Virus record (IMG/VR): IMGVR_UViG_3300005546_000001
Location: 66,978-130,977 of that record
Source of the DNA: a virus
Lineage: Duplodnaviria > Caudoviricetes
Strand: one strand, 5' to 3'
DNA: 64,000 bases
The stretch's first letter is position 1, and every line of letters starts with the position of its first letter. The notes beneath the pieces are model-generated. The model had not been told where the DNA came from and searched no databases. It saw only the letters and a program-made list of their open reading frames with translations. Both the position numbers and the translations under genes were made by a program. Below, piece by piece: positions 44,498 through 52,996 of this stretch.

Positions 44498-44881
44498 CTA
44501 TTTCTTCGCCCATTTTTCCTCCAGTCGCTGGCATCTTGCAAACCATCTTCCTTCGTATTCTTGCGGCATTCTGTGACGGACTTCCGAGTTATAAATTAAA
44601 ACAACATCTCCGTCTGAATTTCCTACTGGGGGATCAATTTCTGTTGGGAATTTGTTTGACCAGATTGCAAAAACTCCTCCGCTTGCTTCGCCATCGTGGT
44701 GCCATTCTACTACATCATCGTTTCTTCTCAACAGTCCTTTTATATCCCTTGGAGAGCGTACATCGATGTTTTTGGATTGAACTACAAGCCCATGAGACTC
44801 AACAAATGCGATGATTTCCCGTGTAATCACCGCTTTGTTGAATTGTGAAGGCGTGAAGTTTCCAAGAATTCTTGTTTGCAT
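44498..44881 (-). CDS. Possible 2OG-Fe(II)/cupin-fold protein
   Basis: EWHHDG (HxD) ... VRHRMP ... RWF; starts 2 nt after the E1 stop. Confidence 0.45.
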   Translation of the reverse strand: MQTRILGNFTPSQFNKAVITREIIAFVESHGLVVQSKNIDVRSPRDIKGLLRRNDDVVEWHHDGEASGGVFAIWSNKFPTEIDPPVGNSDGDVVLIYNSEVRHRMPQEYEGRWFARCQRLEEKWAKK

Positions 44882-44882
44882 G

Positions 44883-45533
44883 TTATTTCATCAGCAGAAG
44901 ATTTGTCAGATCAACAATTATCTGCCGCTCCAATGGTTCCTTTTTGGCAAATTTCTTTATCTGAAGCGCTATCAAAGAACCGATCGCAAACGAATTGTAG
45001 GCGACGGCGCGTTCTGTACACGGTCCATCCACAGCTTCCGAATCCGGACACATTGTTGATTCATACCAAGAAACGTCTTCGTCAGACATGATACTCGGCT
45101 GAACCGTGTTGATTATAAATGTCTCTCTCAACATCCGCCCCTCGATGTAAATGGGAATATTTTCTTTCTGGCGTTTTACTGCATCCCAAATTGCTATCCG
45201 TGCTGCCATGCTATCAACACCAGATAGTACAACCCCACTCAAATAACTCTCGGCGGTGACTCTCATAATCTCCGGATAGCATTTCGTTAGAGAAAACTTG
45301 GAAATTATGTCCGCCAACGCCCTGACTTTCGGCTCGGTTAAATCCTCGTGCCGATAAAACTGATTTGGGAGATTGTGTTCATCAACGTGATCGTCGTCAA
45401 TCAACGTGATTTCTGGAACTCCCATCTTTGCTGCAATTACAGCCGTAGGACTTCCGATGCCCCCGCAGCCAATTAATATGACGGCGGGTAATTCGGCGGG
45501 CGTCACAATACCCAACTGCCTGTTAAAATTCAC
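44883..45533 (-). CDS. ThiF/E1-like ubiquitin-like protein activating enzyme
   Basis: FNRQ, LIGCGGIGS, IDDDHVDEHNLPNQ, KVRAL, GVDSMAAR, EGRM, candidate catalytic PCT. Confidence 0.93.
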   Translation of the reverse strand: MNFNRQLGIVTPAELPAVILIGCGGIGSPTAVIAAKMGVPEITLIDDDHVDEHNLPNQFYRHEDLTEPKVRALADIISKFSLTKCYPEIMRVTAESYLSGVVLSGVDSMAARIAIWDAVKRQKENIPIYIEGRMLRETFIINTVQPSIMSDEDVSWYESTMCPDSEAVDGPCTERAVAYNSFAIGSLIALQIKKFAKKEPLERQIIVDLTNLLLMK

Positions 45534-45544
45534 TGTTTCTCCTT

Positions 45545-46684
45545 TTACGCTTGCGGTTGATTACCGCCGTTGATTACTTGAAACTTCTTACCCTTCTTCT
45601 CCTTGACTTTTCTTGATTCCTTGCTTTTCTCAGCTTCAACCTGTAAATCAGTTCTGAGGCGGGACTGCCAAGGATACGTTAGTTCGTGACATTTTGGACA
45701 CGGATCTGTTTCTTTTTGATCCGTCGCTAAATCGGACCAGAATTCCATGTCTTTCTTACACTCATAAAAATTCATGTAAGGGAGTTCTTGTTCCTTGAAT
45801 TCTTTGACTCTATAGAGTTCAGAATGGTGTGGTTTGGTTGACATCATACACTTCGGGCACATCTCTTCTTCATTCAAATCCCCAAAGCTGTTCCAAGTAT
45901 CATCACACTGAATACTCGGACACCTGTATTTATTTCTGTAGATGTCACCCTTCCCGTATTGTTGCCAGCCTGTTAACTCAATCGAGTGATCATGAACCTT
46001 AGTGGGGTCAGCGCATCCTGCACAGTTCGGATGTTTTGCGATGTTTTTTGGATTTCCCTTTCCAGTGTAAACTGTGACTGGTTTTGGTTTGACCTTCAGT
46101 GCAATTTCTTCCTTGATCGGCGCCTTCAATGCTTTCTCTAATTCAGATATCTGATTATATAGAGCGTCAATTGCACTGTTTTGCTCACTAAACTGCTGGA
46201 CAAAAACATCGTCGTATATACCGCTGACGATTTCTATTCTATCGCCCGTGTACTGCGCAATCTCAAGTTTCTCAACAGTTAGACGCCACGGTAGCCATGT
46301 GTCGAGTCGAGCAAAGTACTCGCCCTTGTGATTACCACATACGCTGAAAAGCCAACCATCCTGAAGAGTGCTTCCTAGCGTGTTAATTGTGTTTACATCT
46401 GTTCCAGACATAAATGCATTAAATGTTGGATGCGAATGCCCCCAAAACCTAATACGTTCCAGCGGTTTTCCAGAAATAAGCATGGCTTCAAGCATTGCTT
46501 GTTGCCCATCTGCTGTGATGTCAGTTTCAGCAGATCCCCCAACTTGCTCCAGTAAGAAAATATCTGTTACAAGCGGTGAATCGTCGTGTTTTACTACTTC
46601 ACCCAACATGCTTATTTCGTAAGGATTTTCTTTTACATATGTCCAAAACTTAAACCAAGCATGGGGCAAAAACAATCCTTTCAT
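45545..46684 (-). CDS. JAB/MPN+ metallo-isopeptidase with coiled coil and C-terminal Zn ribbons
   Basis: YEISMLG ... WGHSHPTFNAFMSGTD (E..HxH..S..D); two Y.C..W..CPKC repeats. Confidence 0.9.
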   Translation of the reverse strand: MKGLFLPHAWFKFWTYVKENPYEISMLGEVVKHDDSPLVTDIFLLEQVGGSAETDITADGQQAMLEAMLISGKPLERIRFWGHSHPTFNAFMSGTDVNTINTLGSTLQDGWLFSVCGNHKGEYFARLDTWLPWRLTVEKLEIAQYTGDRIEIVSGIYDDVFVQQFSEQNSAIDALYNQISELEKALKAPIKEEIALKVKPKPVTVYTGKGNPKNIAKHPNCAGCADPTKVHDHSIELTGWQQYGKGDIYRNKYRCPSIQCDDTWNSFGDLNEEEMCPKCMMSTKPHHSELYRVKEFKEQELPYMNFYECKKDMEFWSDLATDQKETDPCPKCHELTYPWQSRLRTDLQVEAEKSKESRKVKEKKGKKFQVINGGNQPQA

Positions 46685-46714
46685 TTTTAGTTCTCCTTTT
46701 CTTTTCCTATTTTT

Positions 46715-48652
46715 CTAGAATGGCGTGTCTGCTTCCGTGATCGTCGCCGTTCTCGGCGGTATACCAAAATTATCTGGTTCTGGATTTTCTGTATTTGGCC
46801 ATCTACCGATAGCGTGGCGACCAGAAGCTGCACATCCAACATGCTCCCCCACGTGACCAACGGCACGAGAGCATACCAGTCTTCCAGATGGCTGAAAATT
46901 ATGACACCACTGATCATGGGGCACACATTGACATTCTAACGGCTTTGGCGGTTCCCAACTAAAATAGTTGTGGTCATTATATTCCTTGTTTACCCGGCAG
47001 TAAATATGATTGCCTTCATGTCCCTTTACTCTTGTACACGAGTATCCCTTTAAAGTATTATATTCCTTGCACATTTTCATTCGGTCAAAAGCGCAACATT
47101 CTCTTGGTTCGAGATTTATCGGATACTCTCCGTCTTTAATCTCCGGCCATCTTTGGGCCTGCATTCCCATTGATTCCAGAGTATTTGGCTGCTGAAGGAA
47201 AGTCTTAATAAACGCGATAAGCTCCGCCCACTGCATGTTCTGTCTCATTTTGAGAACTGCTTCTGCGTGACTTCCCCAGCACATTCCATCCGATAGCATA
47301 TGAGGGTGGCCAGGAGCCTTAACTCCACCAGAGATAGTAATTTGTGGGTTAGTAGATGAATTCAACGGGATTTTGACAATTAGCGGATGTGCCGCGTCTG
47401 CTAACAGGTACTTATGAATGACTCCAACAAATTCTCCAGTCATTGTCAAATCATAAAAGTAAACGATTAGCAAATGATAGTCGGAATTATATTCAACTGC
47501 ATCAGCCATCTTTGTTATTGGCTTTGCTTCTCTCAACAGTCTGTCTTCAGAAAATCTTGTTTTAAAATCATCCGCCAGTGCTTCCTGTTCTACCAAGCCC
47601 TTTTTGTTTGTTTCTAAATCTCGTGTGAGCTTTTCAATACTGGACTGGACTCTTTTTACCGCCGCTCTGACATCAGCGCTCCTTCTGCTAAATTCCGTTT
47701 CGATAGCGTGGTTCAAGTCCGCCGCAGTTCTAGCTTTTCTCGCGACTAGGATTTTTGCTTCAATTGCAGCTTTGTATGCTTCTGGATCATCCTTCCATTT
47801 CTGGAGTTCTGGCAAAATACCAAGGATTTCTTTTCTGAGTCCGGAGACAGTTCGGGGATAGAATGCCAAAATCAAATTCCAGTTCTGCCCCCAATCTGTA
47901 GCACCGTTATCCTTGGCTTTAAACAGCGCCCCGACAAATCCTTTTTCGTCAGTGATTTTCAGAAATTCAAAATTTGAATTTATGCGAAATTCAGCATTTG
48001 ACTCACTTCTTCTCTCATCATAAGCGTAACTACGAGGAAAATACACCCACACGTTCAACCAGTCTGAATTTTTCTCAGAAACTCCGTTCGTAAAATAATT
48101 TGGAGTTGCATAGTCGATATTCTGAAACTGAACATTTTGTACTCCAAATAATTTTCCAAGCTTTTTTCCAGCGGGAACTAATGAAACTGGGATTTTCTTA
48201 TGAGAGGCTTCCGAGTAAATCACCGTGATTTTATCGAGTTCTTCTCTCTCTTCTTCTCTTAGCTGTTTTTTGGTTTTCTTTCCCGGTGTTTCTTCTTCAT
48301 CTTCTTCAACTATTGTAGTTTCCACATCTTGTCTCCATTCGTTGATTGCATGGTCGTCTATGTTGCACTCAACATGATTCCCATTGTGCCCAGATTGTCG
48401 AGTGCATATGCTTTCTCCGTGTTCATGCCCACAACTTTCCGCGCCATCAAACTCACAGTACTCACACGGATCACCGCCCCAATCTTCACAAAGCATGTGA
48501 TCGCCATCCGAATTACTCCCCGCTCCGCATGCACGGTGCGGTCCCGAGTGGCCGGGTTCTCTTGTACAATAAAATCCTCGGTCTCTCGGCCTTTGATATG
48601 TGTAGCAAAAAGTAGATTCCGTCGTGCAATTACACTCATTATGAGGAAACAT
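46715..48652 (-). CDS. E2/UBC-fold protein with coiled coil and four Cys/His-rich repeats
   Basis: GHPHMLSDGMCWG (HPH..C catalytic signature of prokaryotic E2s); four CxRxxGHxGxH repeats; sits between Ubl and JAB. Confidence 0.8.
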   Translation of the reverse strand: MFPHNECNCTTESTFCYTYQRPRDRGFYCTREPGHSGPHRACGAGSNSDGDHMLCEDWGGDPCEYCEFDGAESCGHEHGESICTRQSGHNGNHVECNIDDHAINEWRQDVETTIVEEDEEETPGKKTKKQLREEEREELDKITVIYSEASHKKIPVSLVPAGKKLGKLFGVQNVQFQNIDYATPNYFTNGVSEKNSDWLNVWVYFPRSYAYDERRSESNAEFRINSNFEFLKITDEKGFVGALFKAKDNGATDWGQNWNLILAFYPRTVSGLRKEILGILPELQKWKDDPEAYKAAIEAKILVARKARTAADLNHAIETEFSRRSADVRAAVKRVQSSIEKLTRDLETNKKGLVEQEALADDFKTRFSEDRLLREAKPITKMADAVEYNSDYHLLIVYFYDLTMTGEFVGVIHKYLLADAAHPLIVKIPLNSSTNPQITISGGVKAPGHPHMLSDGMCWGSHAEAVLKMRQNMQWAELIAFIKTFLQQPNTLESMGMQAQRWPEIKDGEYPINLEPRECCAFDRMKMCKEYNTLKGYSCTRVKGHEGNHIYCRVNKEYNDHNYFSWEPPKPLECQCVPHDQWCHNFQPSGRLVCSRAVGHVGEHVGCAASGRHAIGRWPNTENPEPDNFGIPPRTATITEADTPF

Positions 48653-48662
48653 TTACACCTCC

Positions 48663-48691
48663 AAAAAAAGGAGGCCGCCGAAGCAGCCCCC
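48663..48691 (-). terminator. Intrinsic terminator between Ubl and E2
   Basis: GGGGGCTGC-TTCG-GCGGCCTCC followed by T7. Confidence 0.85.
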
Positions 48692-48703
48692 TAATTGTTG
48701 CAA

Positions 48704-48955
48704 TTAAAGGGTTCCACCCTTTATCGATTCTTGAACTACAGTAATCAGATCGCCGTCTTCAACTTCTGTACCGGCGGATGTCTTCGTACCGTTCAGCCGA
48801 GTCTGCTCCTTCGCACCGACCGTAAAACGAGCAGCGTTCAGAGCATCATAAACAGTTGCGCCTTCCGGAAGCGCAACCTCGACAGCCGCCGAACCAAGTC
48901 GGGCGACCTTGACCAGGATAGGATCAGAAGTCTGATCCCCACGTGAATTTTGCAT
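48704..48955 (-). CDS. Ubiquitin-like (ThiS/MoaD beta-grasp) protein precursor ending GG-TL
   Basis: ILVKVARLG..EVALPEGATVYDAL..RLNG..VEDGDLITVV..IKGGTL; AGGAGA RBS. Confidence 0.88.
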   Translation of the reverse strand: MQNSRGDQTSDPILVKVARLGSAAVEVALPEGATVYDALNAARFTVGAKEQTRLNGTKTSAGTEVEDGDLITVVQESIKGGTL

Positions 48956-49098
48956 TTTGTTCTCCTACGAATCATTCGAACGATTCGCTGGGGTTGCCAG
49001 CGGCGGCGCCCATTCCGCATTTCGGGCCACTAATACGGGAGCAACTGTCTCCCTGTACTTCTGGCGCAGGGCTGGGCCGGACATTCTCCGGCGGGAAT

Positions 49099-49209
49099 TT
49101 AAGTATTCAGATTTTTTGGTTTTTTGGGAATGTAGATACGTCGAGCAACAATTACTGGCTGGCCATACTGCTTTCCTTGTGTGTGACCCCCGGATCCAGA
49201 GTCAGTGCT
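49099..49209 (-). pseudogene. Remnant of a 42878-43279 paralog
   Basis: Own translation SGGHTQGKQYGQPVIVARRIYIPKKPKNL* versus SGGHTAGRQSGNCIVASKIYIPKNAKDL. In-frame TGA just upstream and no start codon in this frame. Confidence 0.55.
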
Positions 49210-50210
49210 TCAATTGCAAAGTGAAGTGCTGCTGAACTAGAATCTACTTTAATTATTTCACTCATTTTTCCTCCAATGCATCCATCAGAGTTTTTATGGC
49301 GCGAAGCATTTCTGGATTTCTTGTTGAAATTGCGATTTCAATTAGAAATTTGCTAGCGATGTTGTAGTCGTCAAGTTCTTGAAGAGTTGGTTGGTTCATT
49401 TCTCCTCCCTTTTCGGCGAATAAAATGTTGGCAAGTCTTCTCTTCTCTCTGGCCAAACACCGTCGTATCTAAGAATCATTAATCGAACAGCGCCAAGCGG
49501 CCCGTACTGATTAATTTCGTACGCGATCTGCCGCATTTTTAGATCGATTTGATCTCGAATTAATTTTAGAACTTCACCATCATCTGGTTTCATTTCTTCA
49601 CCTTCTTTTTCTTGATGTAGTAAAAATGCAAAGATTTCCTTCCCTTGTTCGGATTGCGGGTGTCAGCTTCGGGAGCGATTCGCGCCATCCTATCGCAAAT
49701 TTCAATAGCGAGAAGGAAACTATTTCCCAAGGGCTTCTGATGTGAGTTCATGAAGTTTTTCCAGTCGATCTCGCAAAAGAAAATTCCATGACATTAACCC
49801 AGTTTGTTTGTCTTTCAGAAGAGATACGAGTTTTTCTGCTTCGTTCTGAAGTTCATCCAAATCCATTTCTTCCTCCTATTCCCGAACTCCGTCACATCCT
49901 ACTGGGGAATCAATCACAAGTCTCTCAAGCCAGTCTTTTCGCACATTTTTAGCCGGAATTTCTTGTTTCAGAATAATCAGTGGGCACGTGTCAGTCCGGA
50001 TTCTGATTTCTTCTACATCTTCAGCGTTGAAGTAAGTATTATAAACTGACCATTCTGATTGTCGAGTTAGCCACGGACAGAATAAGTAGTCCACCCATTC
50101 GCTCCCGTCCTTGTCGCGTATTGTGACCAAACCTTCCCACTCCTTTATTTCTTCTAAAACATAGCTAATTTCGTGTTCCATGTTTCACCTCAGCGTATTT
50201 CCTTTTCCTC

Positions 50211-50795
50211 CTAATACAGTTTAAAAACTGGGAGATTGATTTTTGGGCGATACCCTGTTGCGGGGAGCGCGACAGAGTTTCTTTCGAGACCACTGCCTTG
50301 GTATAGTGCGATTCCAATGCAAACGGGAGGAGCCTCATAATTATCAGTAGACTTTCTTCGAGTGGTCTCGTCAGCACTAGCCCAATAATTAACACAATCA
50401 GCCCATTTTTTATTAATTGTGGAAATAATGTAATCTACCGTGTTTCCAGAACCAATAAAATCGTCGATAATTATGTATTTCTTGGCATCAAAATCACCTT
50501 CCAGCAGTCGATAGGCATGCGAGTTTCTCAAGTCGCTTTCTTTTCTCACGTGAATCATCGTTTTATTCAGATTCATGGCTAGAACCGGAGCCACCAACGC
50601 CCCACTAAAGCCAGAAAAAGCAAAGGAATCAAATTCCATGTGGCATAATTCCCTTTTTGCACTCTTTATAATACTCACAACTGTTTCCGGTGTGTAAGCA
50701 GCATGAGAATGGCACGCCCTGATTTTCATGTTTACCTCAATGTGTTTCCTTTTCCTCTTTGCCGGTGGGCTTCCTTGAGCATCCGGCGTTTCCAT
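50211..50795 (-). CDS. Type I phosphoribosyltransferase-like protein (paralog 1)
   Basis: GFSGALVAP, HVRKE, IIIDDFIGSGNT PRPP-binding loop. Likely start is MKIRACH near 50729. Confidence 0.8.
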   Translation of the reverse strand: METPDAQGSPPAKRKRKHIEVNMKIRACHSHAAYTPETVVSIIKSAKRELCHMEFDSFAFSGFSGALVAPVLAMNLNKTMIHVRKESDLRNSHAYRLLEGDFDAKKYIIIDDFIGSGNTVDYIISTINKKWADCVNYWASADETTRRKSTDNYEAPPVCIGIALYQGSGLERNSVALPATGYRPKINLPVFKLY

Positions 50796-50892
50796 TGCGC
50801 CGACATAATGGGGGATTGTCGTTTATTTGACCGAACTTGCCGCACTAATACCCATAGCGCGAGAATAATTAGAACCAGAACAATTGTGTCTG

Positions 50893-51237
50893 TCATGAGA
50901 ATTCTCCTACCATCAAATCCCAAGTACCTGCACCATGTCCAATACAGTGTTCCCCGTCAACTTTATGGCGGGTAGCATTTTCAGCGCGTACTACTATCTT
51001 TCGTAACATTTCTAGCGGTGTGATTATAGCACCATATTCATTTTTGATTTCATACAATCCAGCATCATCCTCGTCTTTTGTCCACCCCCAATCTTTCAAA
51101 TCATTTATCCCCAATTCTGGGTAGACATGCAGAGCAAAGCACCAGCCTGCGCTGCTTTTTCCGATGTGAAGTGGCTCTTGTTGGTGTCCACAAGTCGGGC
51201 ATTTTGATTTTGTGTACAGATAATAATTTGTTCCCAT
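50893..51237 (-). CDS. Conserved phage hypothetical protein
   Basis: MGTNYY..CPTC..LHIGKSSAGWCF..NEYG..GEFS pattern. Confidence 0.6.
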   Translation of the reverse strand: MGTNYYLYTKSKCPTCGHQQEPLHIGKSSAGWCFALHVYPELGINDLKDWGWTKDEDDAGLYEIKNEYGAIITPLEMLRKIVVRAENATRHKVDGEHCIGHGAGTWDLMVGEFS

Positions 51238-51827
51238 CTCAGCCTCCTACTCGTCAAACTGACCTTCGACAAAAGTTACATGGAGACGAGCGATCCTTGT
51301 CGGCGCCGCCCCAGCGTCCGCTTCTTTCCTAGTACTCCATCCAATGTCTGATTGCTTCCCATCGCCGCTTCTTGGATAGCAGTTCATCCATACTTCATGA
51401 GTAACTGGGGTGTTGACAATATCGTAACCGCTATCGTTGGCCTGGTATTTTCGGCCATCTTCATAGAATATCTCGATATACTCTGTTCCATCAGATTGAA
51501 GAACAGCGGCAACAATGGGAAACTTATGGGAGTGGCTTTTTAAATCAACCGCCAGCAACCGCGCCTTCCGCCCATCCCTTGTCTGGACTTTCGTAGCCAG
51601 CGGGTTTTCCTTGTCAAGAACTAGAGTTTTCATGTTTTTCTCCTTTTGCACAAAAGTCACATAAATAGCCTTTTCTTCAAGCTTTAGACAACTACATAAA
51701 AAACACCCGCCATTTGCGCACGTGTGTTCGTCTGCTCTATGTCCGCAAACACACCTTGTACAAAAGTCACATAGATAGCCTTCTGGAAAATTTCTGTGGT
51801 CACACCCGTTTTTAGCCATGTTTCCTC

Positions 51828-52241
51828 CTAGAGTTTAATAACTGGAACGTTGAACTGTTTTGACCAGTTTCTTACAGCAACCTTGTGCTGATAGAGCGCG
51901 ATTGCGGCACATTCTATACCGCCATTAATTTTGCTTGTTATTTCCCGGACTATTTCTACACAAGTATCTCCGCTTTCTATAAAGTCGTCAATAATGACGT
52001 ACCTTTTTGCACCAAAGTCTCCCTCAACAGAACGCATTGAATGTGAGGATTCTTTTCGAACCATAATCAGAGTTTTCTTCATCTCGCGTGCTAAGACTGA
52101 TGCAATCAGCGCTCCGCTCATTCCACGAAATGCAAAACTGTCAAACTCTATGCCAGCGAGCTTCATTCTGGCGCTTTCGATGATTTTTTCGATTCTTTTT
52201 GGTGTGAATGCATATTTGGAGTGTGCCACTACGAGTTTCAT
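51828..52241 (-). CDS. Type I phosphoribosyltransferase-like protein (paralog 2)
   Basis: RGMSGALIA, MVRKE, VIIDDFIESGDT. Confidence 0.8.
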   Translation of the reverse strand: MKLVVAHSKYAFTPKRIEKIIESARMKLAGIEFDSFAFRGMSGALIASVLAREMKKTLIMVRKESSHSMRSVEGDFGAKRYVIIDDFIESGDTCVEIVREITSKINGGIECAAIALYQHKVAVRNWSKQFNVPVIKL

Positions 52242-52938
52242 TTCTGATCCTCAATCTCTTTTAGAAGATATCTCCCATATTCCAGTATGGTATAAGCAAC
52301 TACTTCTCGGATATCAACCCCACCTATAAATCTGAAATCTGATCCTTTATTTTTTCTGTTGTTTTAGGCATTTTTTATCTCCCAAATTATCTCCCCAGAA
52401 GGAGAGCGAACAGGTCGTCTGAGTTCCAGAAACAATTTTTTCTTTATGGAGTGAACCTGCCCGACACACCCTGTGTGAAATTGCTTTGATCCATTTTCAT
52501 CTGAGATAGTGTTGCAATCGTAGCAGCGCCAAATTCTGCGCGGCGGCGGAATTATGATTTCAGGCATTCTCCCTCCTAGTTGATGGTCAGGACAAGGAAT
52601 GAGGTTGAAAAACGTCTCCAAGAGGCTGAAAACGTCACGGCGAGGCACTTTACGGAGTGGTTTTAGGACTGTTTTCCGTTTCTTGGGCGACTATTTTAGT
52701 TGATTGTACTTGGAAATTGCTTTCCAGTCTCTATTCTATCCAAAGCACAGCGTGAAAATACAGAAACATGCTCGCACAAACTATTTTCTTCGACCGCGAG
52801 CATCGCCCCGATTAGCGCGTTCAGGACGGAGGCCGCCGCCAGTTGCCCGGATATTTCTGCAATTTCGGCAGTGTCTTTTAGAGTGTTTATAAAGTTCTGT
52901 CTTATTCTGAGTTGTTCTTCGATGTTCATTTTCCCTCC

Positions 52939-52970
52939 AAAAAGAAAAGGCGAGCCAATGAAGACTCGCC
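52939..52970 (-). terminator. Intrinsic terminator after the 582-aa gene
   Basis: GGCGAGTC-TTCATT-GGCTCGCC followed by TTTTCTTTTT. Confidence 0.85.
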
Positions 52971-52996
52971 GTTGAAACTGAAATGAAAAACCCTGC

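Noticed and set aside
44883-48955. Thiamine or molybdopterin biosynthesis (ThiF/ThiS, MoeB/MoaD)
   Set aside because: E2 and JAB partners are present and no thiG/moaE-type genes are in the window.
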